The notes under the pieces are model-generated. The model saw only the letters and a program-made list of their open reading frames with translations, did not search any database and was not told the DNA's origin. From Mustelus asterias (lineage: Eukaryota), in assembly GCF_964213995.1 (NCBI RefSeq), contig NC_135820.1:434001-498000 (forward strand): a DNA stretch of 64,000 nt. Reading direction: 5' to 3'. Both the position numbers and the translations under genes were made by a program. Shown here one piece after another: positions 12,335 through 24,066 of this stretch (its first letter is position 1; the number at the start of each line of letters is the position of its first letter).

Positions 12335-13645
12335 ATCAATCAGACGCAGCATGGATTCATGAGGGGAAAGTCGAGCTTGACGAACATGTTGGATTTTTAT
12401 GAAGATGTGACGAGGGCGGTTGATGGAGGAGAACCGGTGGATGCGGTGTTTTTGGATTTCCAAAAGGCGTTTGATAAGGTGCCCCATAAAAGGCTACTGA
12501 AGAAGATTAGGGCACACGGAGTTGGGGGTAGTGTGTTAAAGTGGATTGGGGACTGGCTATCCGACAGGAAGCAAAGAGTCGGAATAAATGGGTGTTTTTC
12601 CGGTTGGAGGAAGGTAACTAGTGGCGTGCCGCAGGGATCGGTACTCGGGCCGCAACTATTTACCATTTATATAGATGATCTGGAGGAGGGGACGGAGTGT
12701 AGGGTAACGAAGTTTGCAGACGACACAAAGATAAGTGGAAAAGTGAATCGTGTGGAGGACGGAGAAGATCTGCAGAGAGATTTGGACAGGCTGAGTGAGT
12801 GGGCGAGGATATGGCAAATGGAGTACAACGTTGAGAAATGCGAGGTTATACACTTTGGAGGAAATAATAACAAATGGGATTACTATCTCAATGGAAACAA
12901 ATTAAAACATGCTACCGTGCAAAGGGACCTGGGGGTCCTTGTGCATGAGACGCAAAAGCCCAGTCTGCAGGTACAACAGGTGATCAAGAAGGCAAATGGG
13001 ATGTTGGCCTATATTGCGAAGGGGATAGAATATAAAAGCAGGGATGTCTTGATGCACCTGTACAGGGCATTGGTGAGGCCGCAGCTGGAATACTGTGTGC
13101 AGTATTGGTCCCCTTATATGAGGAAGGATATATTGGCATTGGAGGGAGTGCAGAGAAGGTTCACCAGGTTGATACCGGAGATGAGGGGTTTGGATTATGA
13201 GGAGAGGCTGAGGAGATTGGGTTTGTACTCGTTGGAGTTTAGAAGGATGAGGGGGGATCTTATGGAGACTTATAAGATAATGCGGGGGCTGGATAGGGTG
13301 GAGGCGGAGAGATTCTTTCCACTTAGTAAGGAAGTTAAAACTAGAGGACACAGCCTCAAAATAAAGGGGGGTCGGTTTAAGACAGAGTTGAGGAGGAACT
13401 TCTTCTCCCAGAGGGTGGTGAATCTCTGGAATTCTCTGCCCACTGAGGTGGTGGAGGCTACCTCGCTGAATATGTTTAAAGCGCGGATGGATGGATTCCT
13501 GATCGGTAAGGGTATTAAGGGTTATGGGGATCAGGCGGGTAAGTGGTACTGATCCACGTCAGATCAGCCATGATCTTATTGAATGGCGGGGCAGGCTCGA
13601 GGGGCTAGATGGCCTACTCCTGCTCCTATTTCTTATGTTCTTATG
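12335..13645 (+). mobile_element. 5'-truncated young CR1 inside the 20-bp array
   Basis: ORF 12332-13552 RT C-terminal half; (TTCTTATG)n tail; about 6 differences from 16989-18300. Confidence 0.95.
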
Positions 13646-14130
13646 TTTGGATTTAATATCAGTTGTTTGGGTTTAATATCAGTTGTTCTGGGTTTAATCT
13701 CAGTTGTTCTGGGTTTAATCTCAGTTGTTTGGTTTAATCTCAGTTGTTTGGGTTTAATCTCAGTTGTTTGGGTTTAATCTCAGTTGTTTGGGTTTAATCT
13801 CAGTTGTTTGGGTTTAATCCCAGTTGTTTGGGTTTAATCTCAGTTGTTTGGATTTAATCTCAGTTGTTTGGGTTTAATCTCAGTTGTTTGGATTTAATAT
13901 CAGTTGTTTGGATTTAATATCAGTTGTTTGGATTTAATATCAGTTGTTTGGGTTTAATATCAGTTGTTCTGGGTTTAATCTCAGTTGTTCTGGGTTTAAT
14001 ATCAGTTGTTTGGTTTAATCTCAGTTGTTTGGGTTTAATCTCAGTTGTTTGGGTTTAATCTCAGTTGTTTGGGTTTAATCTCAGTTGTTTGGGTTTAATC
14101 TCAGTTGTTTGGGTTTAATATCAGTTGTTA
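13646..14130 (+). repeat. Continuation of the 20-bp tandem array (~24 copies), directly abutting the CR1 5' UTR
   Basis: Same unit as 9141-12334. Confidence 0.97.
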
Positions 14131-17100
14131 ATATCAGGGATTTGTTCCCAGGAGCAGGCTGAGGGTAAGAGAGTGGGTTTTCTGACTTTAATTAATTATT
14201 TATTTTTTTGTTTCCTTACACTCTTATTAACTTTTCACTGTCTTACTTGACATAAAGTGTCCAGTATGAGTGTGAAACCAGTGTGTTGTTCCCAGTGTAG
14301 GATGTGGGAGGTCCTGGAGGCATCTGGCCTCCCGGACATCCACATCTGTGAGGGGTGTGTCGAGCTGCGGTTCCTGAGGGACCGTGTTAGGGAGCTGGAA
14401 CTGCAGCTCGAGGATCTTAGGCTGATGAGGGAGAATGAGGAGGTGATAGACAAGAGCTATCATCAGGTGGTCACACCAGGGCAACGGGAGGAGGCCAAGT
14501 GGGTGATGGCCAGGAAGGGTAAGGCTAGGGTGGTTGAGAGCACCCCAGTGGATTTGCCCCTGCACAACAAGTACTCCTGCTTGAGTACTGCTGGGGGGGA
14601 CAGCCCGCCTGGGGGAAGCAGCAGTGGCCGTGTCTCCGCAGTGGAGTCCAGCCCTGTAACTCAGAGGGCTAAGGAAAAGAGGAGGAAGGCGGTATTAATC
14701 GGGGACTCGATGGTGAAGGGGACAGACAGGCGTTTCTGCGGAGGTAGGCGGGATTCTCGCATGGTGGTCTGCCTCCCTGGGGCCGGGATCCAGGATGTCG
14801 CTAGTCGCGTCCCGGAAATCCTGAGGTGGGAGGGAGAGGAGCCTGAGGTAGCGGTACATATTGGTACCGCTGATGTGGGTAGGAAGGGAGAAGGGGTCAT
14901 GAAAAGGGAGTACAGGGAATTAGGGAGACAGCTGAGAAAGAGGAAAGCAAAGGTAGTAATCTCAGGATTACTGCCTGTGCCACGGGAAGGTGAGGGCAGG
15001 AATGGAGTGAGGTGGAAGATGAATGTGTGGCTGAGGGACTGGTGCAGGGGGCAGGGATTCAGGTTCCTGGACCATTGGGACCTCTTTAGGGGCAGGGGTG
15101 ATCTGTATACAAAAAACGGGTGGAACTTGAATCACACGGGGACCAATATCCTGGCCGGTAGGTTGGCTAAGGTTACTGGGGAGAATTTAAACTAGATAGG
15201 TTGGGGGGAGGGGAGCTAGAAGAGTTGACTAGGATCAAGGAACTAATTGATGGGGTGGAGGATGCAGGGGTAAGGGGAATTACAAAATTAATGGTAGAGG
15301 AGAGGGTGCAAGTGAATGAAGGCGGTAATTTAGATAAGGGAGTAGAGGGAGAGGGTGTTCGCGACTCATCAAAGCGGGTCCAGATAAAAGCTGGAATAAG
15401 GACACTTTGCCTGAATGCACGAAGCATTCGGAACAAGGTAAATGAGTTGATGGTGCAAATCAGCACGAGTGGGTACGATCTAGTGGCCATTACAGAAACG
15501 TGGCTGAAAGGTGACCAGGACTGGGAGATGAATATCCAGGGGTATCAGGCGTTTAGGAAGAATAGACAGGAAGGAAAAGGTGGTGGGGTCGCGCTATTAA
15601 TAAGAGATAATATCAGGGTAGTACTGAGGGATGACATAGGCTCTGAGGAACAAAACGTGGAATCATTATGGGTAGAGATGAGGAATAGTAGAGGGAGAAA
15701 GACACTAGTAGGTGTGGTATATAGGCCCCCAAATAATAATGTTGAGGTAGGGAGGGCTATAAACAAGCAGATAAGGGATGCGTGTAAAAACGGAACGGCA
15801 ATAATCATGGGGGACTTCAACATGCACATTGACTGGCAGACTCAAGTCGGTAAGGGTGGAATGGAGGAAGAGTTCTTAGAATGCTGTCGGGATAGTTTCC
15901 TTGAACAGCATGTTACGGAACCGACGAGGGAACGAGCTATTTTGGATCTGGTATTGTGTAATGAGGTAGGTAGAATTAAGGATCTTATTGTGAAGGACCC
16001 TCTTGGGTCTAGTGACCACAATATGGTCGAATTTCTGATTCAGATGGAAGAGGAGAAAGTTTGGTCCCAAACCAGTGTCCTCTGTTTGAACAGAGGGAAA
16101 TATGATAGGATGAGGGATGAATTGGCTAAGGTAGACTGGGAGAGCAGGCTGGCAGGTAGGATAGCTGAGGAACAGTGGAGGATTTTTAAGGAGATCCTTT
16201 TCAGTTCTCAGCAAAAATATATTCCAGCAAAAAACAAGGATTGTAAGAAAAGGGAGAACCAGCCGTGGATAACGAAGGAAATAAAGGAGAGTATTAAAAT
16301 AAAAACAGCTGCGTACAGAGTGGCCAAAAATAGTGGAGAAACAAGTGATTGGGAAAAATTTAAGAAACAACAAAGAGAGACTAAGAAAGCGATAAAGAAA
16401 GGAAGGATAGACTATGAAGCTAGGCTAGCAATTAATATAAAAAATGATAGTAAAAGTTTTTATAAATATATAAAAAGGAATAGAGTGGCTAGAGTGAATG
16501 TTGGACCCTTGGAGGATGAGAGGGGGGAGTTAATAGTGGGAAATGAGGATATGGCTGAGTCTTTAAATAAGTTTTTTGTGTCGGTCTTCACGGTGGAGGA
16601 CACAAATAGTTTGCCAAATATTAACGATAGAGGGTTGGCAGCAGGAGAAATACTTAATACAATTAATGTTACCAGAGAGGCAGTGCTGGGTAGACTAATG
16701 GGACTGAAGGTGGATAAGTCCCCGGGTCCGGATGGAATGCATCCCAGGGTATTGAAAGAAATGTCAGAGGTAATAGTGGATGCGTTAGTGATTATTTATC
16801 AAAACTCGTTGCATTCTGGGGTAGTGCCGGTTGATTGGAAAACGGCTAATGTTACGCCGCTGTTTAAAAAAGGAAGGAGACAAAAGGCGGGTAACTATAG
16901 GCCGGTCAGCTTAACGTCTGTAGTAGGGAAAATGCTGGAATCCATTATTAAAGAGGAGATAGCAGGGCATCTGGATAGAAATGGTTCGATCAATCAGACG
17001 CAGCATGGATTCATGAGGGGAAAGTCGTGCTTGACGAACATGTTGGATTTTTATGAAGATGTGACGAGGGCGGTTGATGGAGGAGAACCGGTGGATGCGG

Positions 17101-18300
17101 TGTTTTTGGATTTCCAAAAGGCGTTTGATAAGGTGCCCCATAAAAGGCTACTGAAGAAGATTAGGGCACACGGAGTTGGGGGTAGTGTGTTAAAGTGGAT
17201 TGGGGACTGGCTATCCGACAGGAAGCAAAGAGTCGGAATAAATGGGTGTTTTTCCGGTTGGAGGAAGGTAACTAGTGGCGTGCCGCAGGGATCGGTACTC
17301 GGGCCGCAACTATTTACCATTTATATAGATGATCTGGAGGAGGGGACGGAGTGTAGGGTAACGAAGTTTGCAGACGACACAAAGATAAGTGGAAAAGTGA
17401 ATCGTGTGGAGGACGGAGAAGATCTGCAGAGAGATTTGGACAGGCTGAGTGAGTGGGCGAGGATATGGCAAATGGAGTATAACGTTGAGAAATGCGAGGT
17501 TATACACTTTGGAGGAAATAATAACAAATGGGATTACTATCTCAATGGAAACAAATTAAAACATGCTACCGTGCAAAGGGACCTGGGGGTCCTTGTGCAT
17601 GAGACGCAAAAGCCCAGTCTGCAGGTACAACAGGTGATCAAGAAGGCAAATGGGATGTTGGCCTATATTGCGAAGGGGATAGAATATAAAAGCAGGGATG
17701 TCTTGATGCACCTGTACAGGGCATTGGTGAGGCCGCAGCTGGAATACTGTGTGCAGTATTGGTCCCCTTATATGAGGAAGGATATATTGGCATTGGAGGG
17801 AGTGCAGAGAAGGTTCACCAGGTTGATACCGGAGATGAGGGGTTTGGATTATGAGGAGAGGCTGAGGAGATTGGGTTTGTACTCGTTGGAGTTTAGAAGG
17901 ATGAGGGGGGATCTTATGGAGACTTATAAGATAATGCGGGGGCTGGATAGGGTGGAGGCGGAGAGATTCTATCCACTTAGTAAGGAAGTTAAAACTAGAG
18001 GACACAGCCTCAAAATAAAGTGGGGTCGGTTTAAGACAGAGTTGAGGAGGAACTTCTTCTCCCAGAGGGTGGTGAATCTCTGGAATTCTCTGCCCACTGA
18101 GGTGGTGGAGGCTACCTCGCTGAATATGTTTAAAGCGCGGATGGATGGATTCCTGATCGGTAAGGGAATTAAGGGTTATGGGATCAGGCGGGTAAGTGGT
18201 ACTGATCCACGTCAGATCAGCCATGATCTTATTGAATGGCGGGGCAGGCTCGAGGGGCTAGATGGCCTACTCCTGCTCCTATTTCTTATGTTCTTATGTT
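14131..18300 (+). mobile_element. Full-length young CR1 LINE
   Basis: Intact ORF1 and ORF2, 3' UTR and (TTCTTATG)n tail. Confidence 0.95.
14266..15195 (+). CDS. CR1 ORF1p (CxxC..CxxC zinc finger, leucine zipper, SGNH esterase-like domain)
   Basis: CCSQC..ICEGC, LRDRVRELELQLEDL, LIGDSMV, HIGTAD; ATG at 14266. Confidence 0.9.
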   Translation: MSVKPVCCSQCRMWEVLEASGLPDIHICEGCVELRFLRDRVRELELQLEDLRLMRENEEVIDKSYHQVVTPGQREEAKWVMARKGKARVVESTPVDLPLHNKYSCLSTAGGDSPPGGSSSGRVSAVESSPVTQRAKEKRRKAVLIGDSMVKGTDRRFCGGRRDSRMVVCLPGAGIQDVASRVPEILRWEGEEPEVAVHIGTADVGRKGEGVMKREYRELGRQLRKRKAKVVISGLLPVPREGEGRNGVRWKMNVWLRDWCRGQGFRFLDHWDLFRGRGDLYTKNGWNLNHTGTNILAGRLAKVTGENLN

Positions 18301-18362
18301 CTTTCGGAGCGCTGCTCCTTCATCAGGTGAGTGGGAGTTCTGTTCACAAACAGGGCATATAA
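15201..18362 (+). CDS. CR1 ORF2p (AP endonuclease + reverse transcriptase); a 1-nt deletion near 18180 extends the frame past the normal stop (~18205)
   Basis: CLNARS, AITETW, GDFN, SDH endonuclease motifs; PQGSVLGP, KFADDTK RT motifs. tatggga here versus tatgggga in the sister copy. Confidence 0.9.
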   Translation: MGGGELEELTRIKELIDGVEDAGVRGITKLMVEERVQVNEGGNLDKGVEGEGVRDSSKRVQIKAGIRTLCLNARSIRNKVNELMVQISTSGYDLVAITETWLKGDQDWEMNIQGYQAFRKNRQEGKGGGVALLIRDNIRVVLRDDIGSEEQNVESLWVEMRNSRGRKTLVGVVYRPPNNNVEVGRAINKQIRDACKNGTAIIMGDFNMHIDWQTQVGKGGMEEEFLECCRDSFLEQHVTEPTRERAILDLVLCNEVGRIKDLIVKDPLGSSDHNMVEFLIQMEEEKVWSQTSVLCLNRGKYDRMRDELAKVDWESRLAGRIAEEQWRIFKEILFSSQQKYIPAKNKDCKKRENQPWITKEIKESIKIKTAAYRVAKNSGETSDWEKFKKQQRETKKAIKKGRIDYEARLAINIKNDSKSFYKYIKRNRVARVNVGPLEDERGELIVGNEDMAESLNKFFVSVFTVEDTNSLPNINDRGLAAGEILNTINVTREAVLGRLMGLKVDKSPGPDGMHPRVLKEMSEVIVDALVIIYQNSLHSGVVPVDWKTANVTPLFKKGRRQKAGNYRPVSLTSVVGKMLESIIKEEIAGHLDRNGSINQTQHGFMRGKSCLTNMLDFYEDVTRAVDGGEPVDAVFLDFQKAFDKVPHKRLLKKIRAHGVGGSVLKWIGDWLSDRKQRVGINGCFSGWRKVTSGVPQGSVLGPQLFTIYIDDLEEGTECRVTKFADDTKISGKVNRVEDGEDLQRDLDRLSEWARIWQMEYNVEKCEVIHFGGNNNKWDYYLNGNKLKHATVQRDLGVLVHETQKPSLQVQQVIKKANGMLAYIAKGIEYKSRDVLMHLYRALVRPQLEYCVQYWSPYMRKDILALEGVQRRFTRLIPEMRGLDYEERLRRLGLYSLEFRRMRGDLMETYKIMRGLDRVEAERFYPLSKEVKTRGHSLKIKWGRFKTELRRNFFSQRVVNLWNSLPTEVVEATSLNMFKARMDGFLIGKGIKGYGIRRVSGTDPRQISHDLIEWRGRLEGLDGLLLLLFLMFLCSFGALLLHQVSGSSVHKQGI

Positions 18363-18589
18363 AGACACCAACTCAATTTACAAGATAATGGGTGGAATGC
18401 GAGTCTTTACAGGTAATCAAGTCTTAAAGGTACAGACAATGTGAGTGGAGAGAGGGTTAAACACAGATTAAAGAGATGTGTATTGTCTCCAGCCAGGACA
18501 GTTAGTGAGATTTTGCGAGCCCAGGCAAGTCGTGGGGGTTACAGATAGTGTGACATGAACCCAATATCCTGGTTGAGGCTGTCCTCATC

Positions 18590-20997
18590 GAACCATAGAA
18601 CATTACAGCACAGAAACAGGCCTTTTGGCCCTTCTTTTTCTACCTAGTCCCACTGACCTGCACCTGGACCATATCCCTCCACACCCTTCTCGTCCATGTA
18701 CCTGTCCAAGTTTTTCTTAAATGTTTAAAGTGAGCCAGCATTCACCACTTCATCTGGCAGCTCATTCCACACTCCCACCACTCTCTGTGTGAAGAAGCAC
18801 CCCCCCGCCTAATATTCCCTTTAAACTTTTCCCCCTTCACCCTTAATCCATGTCCTCTAGTTATTTTCTCCCCTCGCCTCAGTGGAAAAAGCCCGCTTGG
18901 ATTCACTCTGTCTATACCCACCATAATTTTATACACCTCTATCAAATCTCCCTTCATTCTTCTACGCTCCAGGGAATAAAGTCCTAACCTATTCAACCTT
19001 TCTCTGTAACTCAGTTTCTCAAGTCCCGGCAACATCCTTGTAAACCTTCTCTGCACTCTTTCAACCTTATTAATATCCTTCCTGTAATTAGGTGACCAAA
19101 ACTGCACACAATACTCTAAATTCGGCCTCACCAATGTCTTACACAACCTCACCATAACATTCCAACTCTTGTACTCAATACTTTGATTTATAAAGGCCAA
19201 TGTACCAAAAGCACTCTTTACGACCCTATCTACCTGTGACGCCACCTTTAGGGAATTATGTATCTGTATTCCCAGATCCCTCTGTTCTACTGCACTCTTC
19301 AGTCTCCGACCATTTACCTTGTATGTTCTACCTTGGTTTGTCCTTCCAAAGTGCAATACCTCACACTTGTCTGCATTAAACTCCATCGGCCATTTTTCAG
19401 CCCATTTTTCTAGCTGGTCCAAGTCCCTCTGCAAGCTTTGAAAACCTTCCTCACTGTCCACTACACCTCCAATCTTTGTATCATCAGCAAATTTGCTGAT
19501 CCAATTTACCACATTATCATCCAGATCATTGATATAGATGACAAACAACAATGGACCCAGCACTGATCCCTGTGGCACACCACGAGTCACAGGCCTCCAC
19601 TCAGAGAAGCAATCCTCCACTACCACTCTCTGGCTTCTTCCACTGATAGTTCTTCCATTGTTGTATAAGTTCTTCCATTGAGCCAATGTCTAATCCAATT
19701 TACTACCTCTCCAGTATACCTAGTGACTGAACCTTCCTAACTAACCTCCCATGCAGGACCTTGTCAAAGGCCTTACTGAAATCCACGGCCTTCCCTTCAT
19801 CCACTTTCCTGGTAACCTCCTCGAAAAACTCTAATAGATTGGTTAAACATGACCTACCACGCACAAAGCCATGTCGACTCTCCCTAATAAGTCCCTGTCT
19901 ATCCAAATATTTGGAGATCCTATCCCTTAGTACTCCTTCCAATAATTTACCTACTACTGATGTCAAACTTACCGGCCTATAATTTCCCACATTACTTTTT
20001 GAGCCTTTTTTAAACAACGGAACAACATGAGCTATCCTCCAATCATCCGGCACCTCACCCGTGGATACCGACATTTTAAATATATCTGCCAGGGCCCCTG
20101 CAATTTCAACACTAGTCTCCTTCAAGGTCCGAGAGAATACCCTGTTCAGTCCTGGGGATGTATCTACTCTGATTTGCCTCAAGACAGCAAGCACCTCCTC
20201 CCCTTTAATCTGTATAGGTTCCATGACCTCCCTACTTGTTTGCCTTATTTCCATAGACTCAATGCCAGTTTCCTTAGTAAATACGGATGCAAAAAACCCA
20301 TTTAATATCTTCCCCATTTCTTTTGGTTCCATACATGGCCAACCACTCTGATCTTCAAGAGGACCAATTTTATCCCTTACTATCCTTTTGCCCTTAATAT
20401 ACCTGTAGAAGCTCTGAGGATTATCCTTCACCTTGTCTGCCAAAGCAACCTCATGTCTTCTTTTAGCCCTCCTGATTTCTTTCTTAAGTAGTTTCTTGCA
20501 CTTTTTATACTCCTCAAGCATCTTATTTGCTCCCTGTTGCCTATACATGTCATACATCTCTCTCTTCTTCTTTACCAGAGTTCCAATATCCCTCGAGAAC
20601 CAAGGTTCCTTATTCTTATTCACTTTGCCTTTAATCCTGACAGGAACATACAAACTCTGCACTCTCAAAATTTCTCCTTTGAAGGCCTCCCACTTACCAA
20701 TCACATCCTTGCCAGAGAACAGCCTGTCCAAATCCACGCTTTTTAGATCCTTTCTCATTTCTTCAAATTTGGCCTTTTTCCAGTTTAGAACCTCAACCCG
20801 AGAACCAGATCTATCTTTATCCATGATCAAGTTGAAACTAATGACGATATGATCGCTGGAACCAAAGTGTTCCCCTACACACACTTCCGTCACTTGTCCT
20901 CACTCTTTTCCTAATAGGAGATCTAATATTGCTTCCTCTCTAGTTGGTACCTCTATATATTGATTTAGAAAATTTTCCTGAACACATTTTACAAACA
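18590..20997 (-). mobile_element. 5'-truncated CR1 LINE (different subfamily) inserted in the Penelope endonuclease
   Basis: ORFs 19703-20893 and 18742-19686 with CR1 RT motifs; (TTCTATG)-type tail at ~18590. Confidence 0.92.
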
Positions 20998-21237
20998 TGT
21001 GTGCGGAACTTGGCTATCAGCCTCTGCTCTGCGACTCTGCGCTGTCGTGTGTTGTGAAGGCCGCCTTGGAGAACGCTTACCCGAAGATGAGAGGCCGAAT
21101 GCCCGTGACCGCTGAAGTGTTCCCCAACAGGAAGAGAACACTCTTGCCTGGTGATTGTCAAGCGATGTTCATTCATCCGTTGTCATAGCGTCTGCATGGT
21201 CTCCCCAATGTACCATGCCTCGGGACATCCTTTCCTG

Positions 21238-21645
21238 CACAATGGCACAGCGGTTAGCACTGCTGCCTCACAGCTCCAATTCAATTCCTGCCTTGGGTGA
21301 CTGTCTATGTGGAGTATGCACATTCTTCCCATGTCTGTGTGGGTTTCCTCCGGGTGCTCCAGTTTCCTCCCACAGTCCAAAGGTGTGTAGATTAGGTGGA
21401 TTGGCCATGCTACATTGTCCTTAGTGTCCAAAGATGTGCAGGTTCGGTGGATTAGCCATGCTAAATTGCCCCTTAGTGTCCAAAGATATGTAGGTTAGAT
21501 GAATTGGCCATGCTAATTAGCTATTGTTCATACACAGGATTACGGCAATAGAGAGGGGAAAGGACGCGCCGTGGTAAAATGTTGTTCAGACAGTTGGTGA
21601 AGACTTGATGGGCTGAATTGCCGCCTTTTGCACTGTAGGGATTGA
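21238..21645 (+). mobile_element. HE1-type V-SINE with an internally duplicated segment
   Basis: Same head and core as 5092-5385; repeated ccttagtgtccaaagat.tg.aggtt blocks. Confidence 0.85.
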
Positions 21646-21964
21646 CTGGCTATAGGTTCTCTGACAGTAGTTACACTGGGGGCAGAATATAAATCAAAAA
21701 ATGATTAAAATTTGTTAGAAAGTCCCTTTATTAATAGTGGGAAAGATTAAGCCCCACACTGATTGGACAGATCAAACTGGCAAAGATAACCTCCAGCATG
21801 GGCTCACAGACTGTATTCAGGACAATTTCCGGGAACAATCCATTGTGGAACCAACTGGACAACTGGATATTTTAGACCTGGTCAGGTTTAATGAGACAAT
21901 ATAAAATATCACGTCTCACATAAAGGATCCTCAAGTGAAGGGTGATCATAACATGTGGGAATTT

Positions 21965-23374
21965 CACATTCAGAGGCCCAAACATCCTAGACCACTGCTA
22001 CACAAATATCAAACATGCCTCCCGCTCTATCGCCCGCCCACACTTTGACAAATCAGACCACAAGGCTGTGCTCCTGCTCCCGGCTTACAAACAAAAACTG
22101 AAGCGGGAGAATCCATCAAAGAGAGTCGTGCAATGTTGGTCTGAGGAATCGGATGATCTCCTACGGGCCTGCTTGGAGTCAGTGGACTGGTCAGTGTTTA
22201 AAAACTCTGCGACCAGCCTGAACGAGTACGCCACTACAGTAACTGACTTCATTGGTAAGTGTGCAGAAGACTGTGTGTCAAAGGAGCAAATCCGTGTGTT
22301 CCCCAACCGGAAACCATGGATGACCAGGGATATGCACTGCTTGCTGAAGTCCAGGTCTGAGGTGTTCAAGTCAGGTGACCCTGACCTATACAAGAAAGCC
22401 AGATACGATCTAAGGAGATCGATCAAAGATGCCAAAAGATAATACTGGACCAAGCTAGAGTCCCAGGCCAGCCACACCGACCCCCGCCGACTATGGCAAG
22501 GTCTGCAAGACATAACAGGCTACAAGCTGAAGGCATGTTAAATCGTCAACTCCAACACACCCCTCCCTGATGAGCTCAATGCATTCGATGCCCATTTTGA
22601 GCAAGAGGTCAGCGAGAGCATGCCCTCCACCATGGAAGCCCTGGATGAACCTGTATCTGGGGTCACCACTGCAGATGTCAGAGCAGCATTCTTGAAGGTC
22701 AACTCACGGAAAGTGACTGACCCGGATGGGGTACCCGGACTTGCACTCAGATCCTGCGCAGATCAGCTGGCGCGGGTATTCACAGACATCTTCAACCTCT
22801 CTTTACAACAATCTGAGGTCCCTATCTGCTTCAAGAAGATGACCATCATCCCAGTACCTAAGAAAATCCAAGCAGCGTGCCTTAATGACTATCAGCCGGT
22901 GGCTCTGACATCCATCATTATGAAGTGCTTCGAAAGGTTAGTCATGGCACGAATCAATTCCAGCCTCCCGGACTACCTGGATCCACTACAGTTTGCCTAC
23001 CGCCGCAACAGGTCCACAGCAGACATCATTTCGCTGGCCGTGCACTCAACCCTGGAACACCTGGATAACAAGGACTCCTATGTCAGACTCCTATTTATTG
23101 ACTACAGCTCAGCTTTCAACACTATTATTCCCACGAACCTCATCTCCAAACTCCGTGACCTGGGCCTCGGCACCTCCCTCTGCGACTGGATCCTGAACTT
23201 CCTAACTCACAGACTGCAATCAGTAAGGATAGGCAACAACACCTCCTCCACGATCATCCTCAACACCAGTGCCCCACAGTGTTCTCAGGCTCCTACTATA
23301 CTCCTTGTACACCTCTGACTGTGCGGCCAAATTCCCTTCCGATTTGATTTTCAAGTTTGCTGACGACACCACTG
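21965..23374 (+). mobile_element. Rex1/Babar-clade LINE fragment
   Basis: LDHCYTNI..SDHKAVLLLPAYKQKLK; DPLQFAYRRNRST; YVRLLFIDYSSAFNTI; KFADDT. Confidence 0.85.
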
Positions 23375-24066
23375 CAATAATATCTCAAATCAAATCAAAA
23401 TCAAATCAGTTTAAGAGTGAGAAATTTGGGTCTGAAACTTATGACTTAAACTGAACAGAATAGAATTAAAGAACAGATAGTTGACTGAAGACGAGTGGCA
23501 AAATGGGGAAAAGTAAGATGGTAGTTGATCAATTGAAGACATTTAAAGAGATATTTCATTATTCCCAGGACAGATACATTCCATTGTGAAAGGAATAATA
23601 CATAAGAAGGATGAATCATCCAGGCCAACTGAGGAAGTTAAGGATGGGATAAAGTTGCACAAAAAAGCGCAATGTTGTGAAGATTAATGGTAGGCCAGAG
23701 ATTGGGAAAAATGTTCAAACCAGAAAAGGGTGACAATAAAATAAAGAGGGAGAAATTATAACATGACAGTAAACTAGAAAAAAACACAAAAACAGAAAGG
23801 GGGTCTTAAGCAAGCACATTAAAAGTTAGGGAGTAGCTAAAGTACAAATTGGACAGAGTGAGGATGTGACTGGGGAATGAATGAAGGTAAACAAGAAATA
23901 GCAGAGACGTTGAACAAATTTTTAGTATCTGTCTTCAAAGTGGAAATCTCTCAAACCATCCCAAATAGCAGCAGAAAATCATGGAGGCAAAGGAGAGGGA
24001 GACAGAAAACAATCACAATCACCAAAGAAATTCCACAAGGAACACGAATGGAACTAAATGATAATA

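Larger units (their letters stand above)
9064..21237 (-). mobile_element. Penelope-like element 3' portion (GIY-YIG endonuclease end + pLTR), split by nested insertions; own sequence ~9064-9140, 18301-18589, 20998-21237
   Basis: ORF fragments CPEAWYIGETMQTL and MNEHRLTI..VGEHF..EQRLIAKFRTH, rejoining across the CR1 as EDSLNQDIGFMSHYL*. The pLTR contains a hammerhead core when the halves are rejoined. Confidence 0.8.

Noticed and set aside
9141-14130. Regular short repeats resembling a CRISPR array or telomere
   Set aside because: Head-to-tail units with no unique spacers, eukaryotic context, and not TTAGGG.
14165-14264. Possible intron in the CR1 5' UTR (G|gtaaga ... ccag|tATG)
   Set aside because: The acceptor is poorly placed relative to the pyrimidine tract, and there is no spliced copy in the window to support it.
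18206-18362. Novel C-terminal extension of CR1 ORF2
   Set aside because: Produced by a 1-nt deletion in a G run relative to the sister copy; it reads through the 3' UTR into flanking Penelope DNA (mutation or consensus error).
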